Source: Promethearchaeota archaeon | GTDB taxonomy: Archaea; Asgardarchaeota; Lokiarchaeia; Sigyniarchaeales; SOKP01 | Direction of reading: 5' to 3' | Length of the DNA stretch: 53,065 bases | Assembly: GCA_013375475.1 (NCBI GenBank) | Contig: JABXKD010000015.1 | Location: 1-53,065 of the forward strand | Shown here: positions 19,604 to 29,859 of the stretch, piece after piece | Layout of the letters: each line of letters begins with the position of its first letter | Numbering within the stretch: position 1 is the first letter of the stretch | Position numbers and translations under genes: made by a program | Notes under the pieces: model-generated | What the model was told of the DNA's origin: nothing | Databases searched by the model: none | The model's input: only the letters and a program-made list of their open reading frames with translations

Positions 19604-20797
19604 ATGAGATTAGATCAAGAAGAAAAAGACATGCTTGAAGGGAAATACGGAAAAGCTACTCAAAAATCTATGGAAATTTTAACTACTTTAGGCGATATAT
19701 TTGATGCTGAAAGTATGATCGATGTTCATGGAGTTCAAATAGCGGGTGTTTCTTATGTCAATCTTGGCGAGGCAGGATTGGAATTCCTTAACGAAATGGC
19801 AGAAGACGGGAAGGTCAGAGTTTTAACGACCTTAAATCCCGCAGGAATGGATCGCGAAAATTGGCAAGCGCTAGGAATAGATAAGGAATTTGCGAAAAAT
19901 CAAAATCGAGCTATAGACGCATTTGCCAAAATGGGGATTATAACTACATGTTCGTGCACTCCATACTTGATTGGAAATAATCCTCATTATGGACAACATA
20001 TTGCTTGGGCAGAAAGTAGTGCTGTTTGCTATTCTAATTCTGTTATAGGAGCTCGAACAAATCGTGAGGGGGGACCAAGTGCGCTAGCGGCTGCTTTAAC
20101 TGGAAAAACTCCTAATTACGGTTATCATTTGGATCAAAATCGTCATGGCCAAGTTTTAGTAAAAGTTAATGCTCCAATTAAAGGTACAGACGAATTTGGT
20201 GTACTGGGAAAAATAATCGGAGACAAGCTCGTTGATTTAGGAAAAAAAATTCCATATATCACTGGAATTCCTTCAGCTACAGTCGAAGAACTCAAATCTT
20301 TTTGTGCTTCCGTAGCGACTTATGGGGGAACAGCGTTATTCCACATGGAAGATATAACTCCTGAGTACGATAAATACCCAAGACCAAGCGAGATTGTATT
20401 TAAGATTGATCAGAATGACTTAGATATTGCTCGGGTTGAGCTTATTGATAAAGATGTTGAAATAGATTTTGTAAGTATAGGCTGTCCTCATGCTTCAATT
20501 CACGAAATAGCGAACCTCGCGAACTTATTAAAGGGAAAAAAAGTAAAAAAGGAATTTTGGATAACTACAGCTCGACCCACCAAGAAGATTGCTGACGAAG
20601 CTGGCTATTCTAAAATCATCGAAGATTCTGGAGCAAAGTTTGCTGCGGATACATGTTGCGTAGTAGCTCCTATAAAAGGACGCTTTAAAGGGATCATGGT
20701 GGATTCAGCAAAAGCGTGTTATTACGGTCGAGCTAAAAATAAATTTAAAGTTAAAATCGGATCTATTGAAGAATGTGTTGAGGAGGCTACAAAATGA
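19604..20797 (+). CDS. Phosphomevalonate dehydratase large subunit (aconitase X family)
   Basis: GVSY, TTLNP, CSCTPY, WAESSA..NSVIGARTNREGG, GCPH and DTC motifs. Confidence 0.9.
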   Translation: MRLDQEEKDMLEGKYGKATQKSMEILTTLGDIFDAESMIDVHGVQIAGVSYVNLGEAGLEFLNEMAEDGKVRVLTTLNPAGMDRENWQALGIDKEFAKNQNRAIDAFAKMGIITTCSCTPYLIGNNPHYGQHIAWAESSAVCYSNSVIGARTNREGGPSALAAALTGKTPNYGYHLDQNRHGQVLVKVNAPIKGTDEFGVLGKIIGDKLVDLGKKIPYITGIPSATVEELKSFCASVATYGGTALFHMEDITPEYDKYPRPSEIVFKIDQNDLDIARVELIDKDVEIDFVSIGCPHASIHEIANLANLLKGKKVKKEFWITTARPTKKIADEAGYSKIIEDSGAKFAADTCCVVAPIKGRFKGIMVDSAKACYYGRAKNKFKVKIGSIEECVEEATK

Positions 20798-21183
20798 AGC
20801 TGACGGGGAGAAAAATATACAAAGGAAGGGTTGAAGGAGAAGCTATAGTAACAAATGATGGTATCTCTTTTTATGGGGGTGTTGATCCCGATAGCGGTAA
20901 AATTGTTGAAGTTGGACACGAACTTGAAGGTCAATCAATAACGGACAAAATATTAGTTTTTCCTACTGGTAAAGGATCAACCGTAGGGTCATATACGATG
21001 TATAGAATGAAAAAAAATAATACAGCCCCATTAGCAATTATAAATAAAGAAATAGATACCATCATTGCTGTTGGCTGTATTATTAGCGAAATTCCTTGTG
21101 TTGATAAAATAGATATTAATAATATTAAAACTGGACAAAATTTAATTGTTAATGGTTCTGAAGGAACTGTGGAGGTGAAATAA
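20794..21183 (+). CDS. Phosphomevalonate dehydratase small subunit (AcnX swiveling domain, DUF126)
   Basis: ISFYGGVDPDSG and GKGSTVGSY motifs; ATGA overlap with the large subunit. Confidence 0.92.
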   Translation: MKLTGRKIYKGRVEGEAIVTNDGISFYGGVDPDSGKIVEVGHELEGQSITDKILVFPTGKGSTVGSYTMYRMKKNNTAPLAIINKEIDTIIAVGCIISEIPCVDKIDINNIKTGQNLIVNGSEGTVEVK

Positions 21184-22119
21184 ATGGGTCTTGGAAAAGG
21201 ATTTGGCAAAACAATCCTATTTGGTGAACACTTCGTCGTTTATGGACTCCCAGCTATTGCTTCAGCCCTAGGTTCTTATACAACAGCTGAAGTTAAAGTA
21301 GTTGATGGAAAGGGGTGGGAAGTCATCGATCAGCGCTTAGCCACTCCAGGTTATAAAGAGAAAAAATACGATGAAGCAATGCAATCTATAAAGAATGTTA
21401 TCGAATACATGAACATAGATGTTGGATACCAGAAGCTTGAAATAATTTTTTCTGGAGATTTATTTGCCGCTAGTGGCGTTGGTGCTTCTGCTGCCCAAGC
21501 TACTTCTCTAGCCCGGGCAATTAATGATAGCTTTACTCTAATGTGGGATGATGAAAAGATTAACGAAGCTGCCTACGAAGGCGAGAAAGCCTATCATGGA
21601 ACGCCATCAGGAATAGATAATACTGCTTCTACTTATGGCGGATTGATATGGTTCGTAAAAAATTTAAAAGGTGGTAAAAATATTATGGAAGTCCTTCGAT
21701 CGCCAAAAAAAATGGCGTTAGTTATCGCAAATTCGGGAATAACAGCTTCCACTACAGAAGTAGTTGCCGATGTGCGGAGATTAAAAGAAGCCAATCCTAA
21801 AAAATTTGAGAAAATATTTGAAGATTATAAAGATATATCCAAAAAAGCTAAATCAGCATTACTTAAGAGCGATGTTGAAAGTATTGGTAATTTAATGAAC
21901 CAAAATCATAAATTACTTCAAGAAATCACAGTTTCGGGAGAAATTAACGATAAACTGGTTAAAATAGCTTTAAGCAACGGAGCACTAGGAGCAAAGATGA
22001 CGGGAACTGGTAGGGGCGGATTAGTTATTGCTCTAGCTGAGAACGACGAAATTCAGGAAAATATCGCTAAGTCTATAGAATTGGAAGGCTACGATGCCTG
22101 GAAAACGATGATAGGATGA
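21184..22119 (+). CDS. mvk: Mevalonate kinase
   Basis: GKTILFGEHFVVYG, GVGASAA, HGTPSGID and KMTGTGRGG motifs. Confidence 0.94.
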   Translation: MGLGKGFGKTILFGEHFVVYGLPAIASALGSYTTAEVKVVDGKGWEVIDQRLATPGYKEKKYDEAMQSIKNVIEYMNIDVGYQKLEIIFSGDLFAASGVGASAAQATSLARAINDSFTLMWDDEKINEAAYEGEKAYHGTPSGIDNTASTYGGLIWFVKNLKGGKNIMEVLRSPKKMALVIANSGITASTTEVVADVRRLKEANPKKFEKIFEDYKDISKKAKSALLKSDVESIGNLMNQNHKLLQEITVSGEINDKLVKIALSNGALGAKMTGTGRGGLVIALAENDEIQENIAKSIELEGYDAWKTMIG

Positions 22120-22221
22120 ATCTAAGGCAGACTTGACTGGCAATAAAAAAGTAATTCTATTAAAATTAGGTTTTACTTTTGGTTAAATCCTAAGTAAACC
22201 ATTAAATAAATTTCGAATTTC

Positions 22222-22782
22222 TTACTTCTCTCCCCAACTCTTAATCCCACTATCAATACTCATATGATCAAGAATTCTCCCTATAAAATATTCGTTTAGT
22301 TCTGTGATATTTTTAGGTTTGATGTAATAAGATGGAATTGGTGGAGCAATTAATACCCCCAATCTCGAAAGTTTTAGCATGTTTTCTAAATGAATTGCAC
22401 TGAATGGACTTTCTCTTACAACTAAGATAAGTTTTCTTTGTTCTTTTATTGCAACATCTGCTGCTCTAGTGATCAAGTTGTCTGCAAATCCGTTAGCAAT
22501 TGCTGCTAAAGTCTTCATAGAGCAGGGGATTATAACCATGATGTTATTCTTGTAAGAGCCACTCGCAGGACCTGCTGATAAATCGTCTACTTCATAGTAA
22601 TTATCAGATAATTCAATTATTTCATCAACTTTGTAATCAGTTTCGATGTTTATGATCTTCTCGGCTTCTTTTGAAATAGTTAATTCTGTTTGTAATCCCT
22701 TTTGTTTCAATTGTTTTAGCAAAATTACCGCTAAATCAACTCCACTAGCACCAGTAATTGCAACAAGGACCAAATTTTTCAC
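22222..22782 (-). CDS. ubiX: Flavin prenyltransferase
   Basis: ITGASG, ASGS, PCSMKTL, RAADV.IKEQRKL and RESP motifs. Confidence 0.95.
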   Translation of the reverse strand: MKNLVLVAITGASGVDLAVILLKQLKQKGLQTELTISKEAEKIINIETDYKVDEIIELSDNYYEVDDLSAGPASGSYKNNIMVIIPCSMKTLAAIANGFADNLITRAADVAIKEQRKLILVVRESPFSAIHLENMLKLSRLGVLIAPPIPSYYIKPKNITELNEYFIGRILDHMSIDSGIKSWGEK

Positions 22783-22806
22783 ATTAATTAAAATTATTAA
22801 TGGTAA

Positions 22807-23874
22807 TTAGAATTTTCTTTCTAATACAAATTTTAGTAAATTCTCAAAAAATTCTATCTCTGAATCGTTTATAACTGGTTTCAATTTTTCAAGCGCATCA
22901 CGAGCTTCATCGTAATACTTTGTCGCTAACTCCCTACAAGTATTAATTACATCAGCTTTCATAAACAAATCTTTTACTTCTTGGACATCTTCACTACTTA
23001 TCTCTGATTTTGAAAAAATGGTTAACAGATCATCTTTCCTTTTTGCTTCTAATCTATTCATAGCTTCGATTAGTAAACACGTACGTTTTCCTTCACGAAT
23101 ATCTCCGTCTGTAGGTTTTCCAGTTACTTTTTCATCTCCAAAAGTTCCTAATATATCATCAATTATTTGAAAAATTATCCCTAAGTTGATGCCATATGTT
23201 GATAAAAGAGGAGTGTACTCTTTTTCAACTTGCGCGTAGTTTGCTCCAATTAAGATTGATTTTTCTATAAGAGCTCCAGTTTTAAGAGAAACCATTTGGA
23301 TATACTCATCCATCGATAAGCTACTTCTATTCACCATATCGATTTCTATTAAAACACCGTGGATCACTTCAGTGAAAGCCTGTCTGTAATAATAAATCGA
23401 ATTTAAATTCAAATCTCTTGAAAAATCTTGGTTAAAATACGCATCTGCACCCATAATAAAAGTAGTATCTCCCCCAATAATGCCTATGCTCGTTCCAAAA
23501 TCTGTAGCATCTGTTTTTTCGAATTGATTTTTTAAGTGATATTGTTGAAACCTATAATGAAACGCGGGATTTCCGCGTCGATAATCATCTTTATCAATTA
23601 TATCGTCATGGACTAAAGTTGCATTATGCAAAAATTCAATCCCTACGCTAGGGCGAACAATTTCTTCTGCCATTTTTTTAGTTATTCCATTAAATGTCGC
23701 AATAGTAAGCAATGGTCTTATTCGCTTTCCACCAACCAAGATATAATTTTTAATTTCCGAATAATAATCTTTAAGAAAACCATTGTCCATACTGTTAATT
23801 CTCTCATCAAAAATAGATGCGATCACAGAATCAATTTTAGGTTTATACAATTTTGTGTACGGTATAAATTTTAT
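22807..23874 (-). CDS. idsA: Geranylgeranyl diphosphate synthase; start is TTG 23850 or possibly ATA 23874
   Basis: GGKRIRP, LVHDDIIDKDDYRRG, KTG and FQIIDD motifs. Confidence 0.9.
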   Translation of the reverse strand: MKFIPYTKLYKPKIDSVIASIFDERINSMDNGFLKDYYSEIKNYILVGGKRIRPLLTIATFNGITKKMAEEIVRPSVGIEFLHNATLVHDDIIDKDDYRRGNPAFHYRFQQYHLKNQFEKTDATDFGTSIGIIGGDTTFIMGADAYFNQDFSRDLNLNSIYYYRQAFTEVIHGVLIEIDMVNRSSLSMDEYIQMVSLKTGALIEKSILIGANYAQVEKEYTPLLSTYGINLGIIFQIIDDILGTFGDEKVTGKPTDGDIREGKRTCLLIEAMNRLEAKRKDDLLTIFSKSEISSEDVQEVKDLFMKADVINTCRELATKYYDEARDALEKLKPVINDSEIEFFENLLKFVLERKF

Positions 23875-23884
23875 AAGATTTCAC

Positions 23885-24994
23885 CTAATCCATTAATTTT
23901 CCCATAACTATCTGGGAACTACGGTAATTTTCCCATAGTTTTAAGAATTTTTTTAAGTTTTCATCGCTTTGAAATATCTTATCTCTGGCAATTCTCTTAG
24001 CTTTCAAAACTTTAAGAAAATTACGATCTAAAGATTTTTCGTATATTTTGCCTAACCTATCAAGTTTATCCTTTTCCTCGCAAGTTTTAATGGTTTCAAT
24101 TGCGATTTGTCCTGACATCATGGCATATGGAATACCTTTTCCTGAAATAGGATCAACAATTCCACCAGCGTCTCCAACAGCAAAAACATTATCCTCATAA
24201 AGCTTAGATCTTAATCCTACAGGGATTAAATGAGGCTTAAAAATTTCTAAAGTCGAATTTTGTAACACTTGATTGACAAAAGGAAGTCCTGTAAATTTTT
24301 TAAATTCCTCTCTGGAATTTTTTACTAAATTAATCTGATTACCCCATCCTACCGTAATTTTGTCTTCTTTTGGGAATAACCAAGCATAACCCACAGTAAT
24401 CAGATTTTTTATACCAAAAAAAAGATGAACTGAATCTGATCCCAAGTGTTTATCTATACTAGATATTGTTGTTTTCCTCTCTTCTGTAATTGTTAGTATG
24501 ATGTCTTCGCTAGCAAAAAATGGCCAATTTAATAATTTTAGAGTCGGAGAATTTACTCCATCAGCAGCAATTACATATTTCGCAGAGTATTTATCTTTAT
24601 TAGTGGTTACCACGTATGAGCCATTTTTTTGTTCCACGTTAATCATAGGCTCTTCTTCCTTTAAAAGCGCTCCACTATCAACCGCCATATCCGTTAGAAA
24701 CTTATCAAAAGTACTTCTCCAAACAACTCCGCCCTTACCTTTCTTGCTATATGTTTCCCCATCGACATGATGCAATTCTAAAGATTCAATAACTCTAGCA
24801 ATCTTTTCCTCAGGGTAATCGATTTCTTCTACAAGTTCCCACGCAATGGCGCCACCACACGCTTTATATCTGCCATTATCACTAAGCTCTTCCTTTTCAA
24901 GAATACACGAAGAGTATCCATTTTCAGCAGCAGTTTTTGCCGCAAATGATCCTCCGGGGCCTGCTCCTATTATAATGATATCAAAGTTTTTCAT
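23885..24994 (-). CDS. Geranylgeranyl reductase family FAD oxidoreductase
   Basis: GAGPGG, KACGG, ADG, YAWLFP and GDAGGIVDPISGKGI motifs. Confidence 0.88.
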   Translation of the reverse strand: MKNFDIIIIGAGPGGSFAAKTAAENGYSSCILEKEELSDNGRYKACGGAIAWELVEEIDYPEEKIARVIESLELHHVDGETYSKKGKGGVVWRSTFDKFLTDMAVDSGALLKEEEPMINVEQKNGSYVVTTNKDKYSAKYVIAADGVNSPTLKLLNWPFFASEDIILTITEERKTTISSIDKHLGSDSVHLFFGIKNLITVGYAWLFPKEDKITVGWGNQINLVKNSREEFKKFTGLPFVNQVLQNSTLEIFKPHLIPVGLRSKLYEDNVFAVGDAGGIVDPISGKGIPYAMMSGQIAIETIKTCEEKDKLDRLGKIYEKSLDRNFLKVLKAKRIARDKIFQSDENLKKFLKLWENYRSSQIVMGKLMD

Positions 24995-25303
24995 ATTTAT
25001 TCAAAGTTCATACATCAATGGTTCTTGTAGTGAATAAAAGCTAGAATAAAAATTGTTTCACATAATCAATAGTATTAAATATATATTACGCATAAGTAGA
25101 CATCAAGAGAGGAATAAACCTAAGATAAACGCAACCTAAACAAATACCTACAACAGTTAAAAATTATCAGTCTTTTGAGATAAACCGTTTGAGAAAACTT
25201 CTATTTTCGATTTTCCATTTTTAAATTTTTTTTTTCTAAAGTTTTAAAATTATTCCTTAATTTATTCCTTAAACATTTACTATTGATTGAGAATCAATAA
25301 AAT

Positions 25304-28168
25304 ATGAATTCTTATAGATTTATTGATAAAATTGGTTACTATTCTGGAAATAGAAGGTTAGATTGCCAGAACCTTGAGGAACCCGACGCGGATACTGAAA
25401 AAATTAGGGAAAGATGGTTAAGAGCCGACAGAGAAATATCACTCACGCGAAAATTAAGGTTATGGAAGAAAACTTGCCCAGAGATTGATGATTTAATCAT
25501 TCATCAAGTTGGAGAGTCCCATATTGATTGTGCTTGGATGTGGAGGTATGAACAGACACGAAAAAAAGCGCAAGTTACCTTTAGAAAAGCAATACTCCAT
25601 GCGAAAATGTTCCCAGACACGTTCTGTTTTGCTTTAAGCGAGCCATTGCTTTTAGAATGGATTAAACAAGATGATCCCGAGCTATTCAAACAAATTCAAG
25701 AGACTGTAAAGGCCGGAAATATCGAACTTGTAGGGGGGTCCTATGTTGAGCCCGATTGCATGATGCCTTCGGGAGAATCGTTTGTGAGGCAAAGATTATA
25801 CGGAATGCGATTTTTTAGAGAAAAATTTGATATCCTTCCTAAAGTGGAATGGTTTTTAGATTCATTCGGTTATAACCGGGGCTTACCTCAAATATTAACC
25901 AAATCGGGAGCAAAATACTTTTGGACAACTAAAATTACCTGGAATCTTCAAACAACCTTTCCCTTCGTGAATTTTTGGTGGCAAGGACCCGATGGTTCTA
26001 AAATATTAACAGGACATTTTCACATGGGAGGAGAAGGTGCCATAAGTTCTTGGAAGAAATTCGGGATAGGTCATCGTCTGTTAAAAGATAAAGGGCAAAA
26101 AAGTTGGAATTATAAGAATAATTATGATCATCTCAGTAATCATGTAGGAGAAGAATATTGTCCTCATGTTGGATATTTCTTTGGATTGGGCGATGGGGGT
26201 CACGGTCCTACTCACAAGGAAGTCGCAATAGCAAATGAACTTGCTAAACTCCCTATGTTTAAATGGAGTCGTGTGGAAAATTTCTTCGAGGAATTAAATA
26301 AATACTCCGAAAGGTTTCCAATTTGGGATGATGAATTATATCTTGAAAATCATCGAGGATGTTTTTCAAATCATTCAGATGTAAAAAGATATAATCGCAA
26401 ATTTGAAAATATTTTAATCTCACTTGAAATATTGGCTGTTTTAACCTCATTAATTACTCCTGATTATAATTATCCTACTGAGCAATTTGAGCAACTATGG
26501 AAAACAACCTTAAAAAATCAGTTTCATGACGTTTTACCTGGCAGTTCCATACCTGAAGTATATGATGATTGTTGGGATGATTGGAAACTACAAGAGAGTT
26601 CGATCTCCAATATAATAGAAGATATAGGATCGAAATTATCTTCACAAAACAATAAGCAGAATTTAAAATCTGGTGTAAATTTATTTCTATTCAACTCGCT
26701 CCCTTGGGAAAGGACATCAAGACTTTTTATACCTGCTGAAATTGTAGGAGAGAGTATATCAGAAGAAAAAGATTGGAAACCGAAACCTGCGAAAATTTTA
26801 TCTTTAAATTCAGAGAAATTCGAATATGACTGTCAACCAGTCTCCAAGGAAGATGAGAGTTGGAAGGACTCTAAATCCGCTGGCTGGTGGACAATCATTA
26901 CATTAAAACCTCTATCAGTAACTCCTATTAAATTAACTATGATAGAAGAATTATCGAATCAATCTGAAATCAAGACTTCCTCAAATATAATCTCAAACGG
27001 AATCACCCATTTAGAACTAAGCAAAACCACAGGTGCTTTTGTAGATTTACGAGTAGAAAAACTTAACAATGGAGCAAATCTATTGGAAGGAATTTCATCT
27101 AATCTTACCTATGGTTTTATCGATGATGATAAAAAGTTTCCTGCTTGGAATCTTACTCCTGAATATTGGAATTTTCCCCTGAATTTATCCAATGAGAGTG
27201 GAGTGGAAATAAAAGTGGTAGATAGTGGACCTATTTTTACCTCTGTTCAAATTAACCGTTTATTGGGAAAGGACGTCGTTATTCAAAAAATTACACTATT
27301 TAAGAGCTTACCAGAAATCTATCTTGAATATATTACCGACTGGAATCAAACTAACACGATGCTCAAAATTTTGTATAGTACCGCAACAAATTCAGAGATA
27401 GCCACTACTGATGGGGCATACGCAATAGTAAATTTTAAAACAAATCCAGAAACCCCTTGCGACAAGGCTCGGTATGAGAAAATTTGTCATAAATTCGTTG
27501 ATATAAGCTCTCCTGATAAAAGATGGGGTGTTGCATTAATCAATGAAGGAAAATATGCATTCGATGTTAATGGTGGTGATATTCGTTTAACTCTTTTGAG
27601 GTCTTGCAGATATACACCTCCTTCTCCGGAAGCGTGGGTGAATATAGAAAGAAAACTCAATAAAGACGAATATAATCATGAACCCCCCCAATTTAGTGAA
27701 CTGGGGCCTTTTAGATGTAATTATGCATTATATCCTCATGATGGAAGTACTTTAACCAATTCTGATGGTACAGCAAATCCAATGATAAGAAGAAAAGCTG
27801 AAGAATTTAATAATCCAATTATAATTATACCACTAGTAGGAATTAATGAAATTGAAAATGGATTACTATTAAATGGAGAATCATTATTGGAAATTTCACC
27901 TTCAAACATCAATTTAGGAGCCTTAAAATATGAAGAATGGAAGAATGATAATTCAATCATTATCCGATTTTTTGAAGGTTGTGGACTTTCCGTGTCGACT
28001 GAAGTAAAAATTCATGCAAGAATGGCTAAGATGATCTCTAAAATAGAAGAAATCGATTTGTTGGAAAGAGCTTTAAATAATGATCCCAAATGGAATGAAA
28101 AAATAGGTATTTTAAGTTTTAAAATGGATAAATTTGAAATTCGCAGTTTTAAAATCGTATTAAGTTAA
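25304..28168 (+). CDS. Alpha-mannosidase, glycoside hydrolase family 38
   Basis: SHIDCAWMW, PSGESFVRQ, DSFG, GDGGHGP, ELYLENHRG and QFHDVLPGS motifs. Confidence 0.93.
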   Translation: MNSYRFIDKIGYYSGNRRLDCQNLEEPDADTEKIRERWLRADREISLTRKLRLWKKTCPEIDDLIIHQVGESHIDCAWMWRYEQTRKKAQVTFRKAILHAKMFPDTFCFALSEPLLLEWIKQDDPELFKQIQETVKAGNIELVGGSYVEPDCMMPSGESFVRQRLYGMRFFREKFDILPKVEWFLDSFGYNRGLPQILTKSGAKYFWTTKITWNLQTTFPFVNFWWQGPDGSKILTGHFHMGGEGAISSWKKFGIGHRLLKDKGQKSWNYKNNYDHLSNHVGEEYCPHVGYFFGLGDGGHGPTHKEVAIANELAKLPMFKWSRVENFFEELNKYSERFPIWDDELYLENHRGCFSNHSDVKRYNRKFENILISLEILAVLTSLITPDYNYPTEQFEQLWKTTLKNQFHDVLPGSSIPEVYDDCWDDWKLQESSISNIIEDIGSKLSSQNNKQNLKSGVNLFLFNSLPWERTSRLFIPAEIVGESISEEKDWKPKPAKILSLNSEKFEYDCQPVSKEDESWKDSKSAGWWTIITLKPLSVTPIKLTMIEELSNQSEIKTSSNIISNGITHLELSKTTGAFVDLRVEKLNNGANLLEGISSNLTYGFIDDDKKFPAWNLTPEYWNFPLNLSNESGVEIKVVDSGPIFTSVQINRLLGKDVVIQKITLFKSLPEIYLEYITDWNQTNTMLKILYSTATNSEIATTDGAYAIVNFKTNPETPCDKARYEKICHKFVDISSPDKRWGVALINEGKYAFDVNGGDIRLTLLRSCRYTPPSPEAWVNIERKLNKDEYNHEPPQFSELGPFRCNYALYPHDGSTLTNSDGTANPMIRRKAEEFNNPIIIIPLVGINEIENGLLLNGESLLEISPSNINLGALKYEEWKNDNSIIIRFFEGCGLSVSTEVKIHARMAKMISKIEEIDLLERALNNDPKWNEKIGILSFKMDKFEIRSFKIVLS

Positions 28169-28204
28169 TTTTTTATCCATCTTTTTTTATTTTAAGCCTG
28201 TAAA

Positions 28205-29728
28205 CTAAGAATAATCAAAAATAGATTTTCCAACAACGCTGTAGTGGGGTTTTTCTCCTAACAAATATAAAAGCGTGGGGACCATATCAGTAGTTTTACA
28301 ATATGAAAGTTCTAGTTTAGGAATGTTTGGAGATCCTCCAATTATAAATGGAACCGTCATGGACTTCTTAAGCGCTATATCATGAGAGTATGGATCGCTT
28401 GTCAGAGTTTTTCCGTGCTCGTATCCAAAGAAATATTCACCAAGCGTAGATGTAATAATATCGCAAGAGCGGGGATTTTTTAAATATCGCGGGACTTGGT
28501 CAACAATCATAGGAAAATCAATTTGATTAGTTGCGTTGAGCCACTCATCGATAGTATGACTTTTGTTATCTAAAAGGCGAGCAGATTCCTCGTGTTCGCT
28601 ATAATTATAAAAATCCTTTTCATCTGGGATATATTTAGTTTTTTGTTTTATTCCGTGCCCTTCATACTCGATCCTATCCTTTAAGATTTTTCCCGTTTTT
28701 TCATCTCGATGCTCAAGATAAATGATACCTTTATCGGGGGTGTTACTGTCATCTCGATAATACATCAATTTTACTCCTGGAATTTTCCATAAAGTTTCAA
28801 ATAAATTCAATTTCTTATTTCCCGGACTACTAGTGACAAATTCTTCTAATTGATTAAATGTAGGATGATGAAACCAATCCTTACCTCGGAAGTTAAAGAA
28901 ACCAACAGATCCCATTGAAACATCGAAATCTCCAGTTCCTTTTCTTGGTAAATATTGTTTTAATCCTTTTTCTTCAAAATAAGGTCCAATATCGTAAATA
29001 TTTTCTGCTTTATAATTTCCATGGTCAGAAATAATTCCAATAGCAGTGGACTCGAAATATCCAGTATTTTTTAAAGTCTCAATAAGGGAACCAATAGCTT
29101 TATCACATTTTATTAGCTCTGCAATATATTCTGGATGGTCAAATCCCTTATGATGCATTAAATCGTCAGTTTTAGGAATATATGCAACTGTTACTTTTGG
29201 TACTTCTTTGTTTGAAAAGATTTTTTTTGGATCTTTATATATATCTTCAACTCCCTTTAATATTGATTGAGTGGTGTATTCTATTGGGGGAATCAATACC
29301 GATCCTCTATTAAAAAAGTTCAACGAGCTTAGAAAATTACCTTCTCCTGCTTGTTCAAAAATAGTCTGACAATTTGGTCCTAAATCACTATTAAATTTCA
29401 GGATATGGCTTCCCTTTCCGCCATTTCTGATAATCGGAAATTTTTTTCCTTCTGATGGAGGGTCAGTTCTACCTACCCAATGATACATTGGTATGCCACT
29501 TCCTTCTATAGGATAGTATCCCGAATAGGATCCAATAACTACATTAGTGTAGCAAGGATATGTAATACTTGGATAAGATGTGGTACAATTTTGTGAAGAA
29601 GTCCCGTTCTCAGCAATTTGAGCAATATTAGGCAACTTTCTTTTATCTATTAGATCAAACAAGTGAGATGATCTAACATCATCAATCAGTATTAATATTA
29701 CTTGATTTACTAAACTATTTCGGGTCAT
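28205..29728 (-). CDS. Alkaline phosphatase superfamily protein (nucleotide pyrophosphatase/phosphodiesterase type)
   Basis: LIDD, YPSITYP (Thr nucleophile), DDLMH and SDHG motifs. Confidence 0.85.
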   Translation of the reverse strand: MTRNSLVNQVILILIDDVRSSHLFDLIDKRKLPNIAQIAENGTSSQNCTTSYPSITYPCYTNVVIGSYSGYYPIEGSGIPMYHWVGRTDPPSEGKKFPIIRNGGKGSHILKFNSDLGPNCQTIFEQAGEGNFLSSLNFFNRGSVLIPPIEYTTQSILKGVEDIYKDPKKIFSNKEVPKVTVAYIPKTDDLMHHKGFDHPEYIAELIKCDKAIGSLIETLKNTGYFESTAIGIISDHGNYKAENIYDIGPYFEEKGLKQYLPRKGTGDFDVSMGSVGFFNFRGKDWFHHPTFNQLEEFVTSSPGNKKLNLFETLWKIPGVKLMYYRDDSNTPDKGIIYLEHRDEKTGKILKDRIEYEGHGIKQKTKYIPDEKDFYNYSEHEESARLLDNKSHTIDEWLNATNQIDFPMIVDQVPRYLKNPRSCDIITSTLGEYFFGYEHGKTLTSDPYSHDIALKKSMTVPFIIGGSPNIPKLELSYCKTTDMVPTLLYLLGEKPHYSVVGKSIFDYS

Positions 29729-29859
29729 AATGAAACCTTTAATGATTTTTTAGTATTTAAATTCATGTAAGAATAAGAATTTTATTTAGCAATGTTTAAA
29801 TCCTTACTTTCAAGTGGAAATACGATAAATTTTTGTTAGATTCTATGTTTTGTTAGATA

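Noticed and set aside
25080-25220. Hydrophobic-looking minus-strand reading frame fragment
   Set aside because: No start codon in frame and stops in all frames checked.
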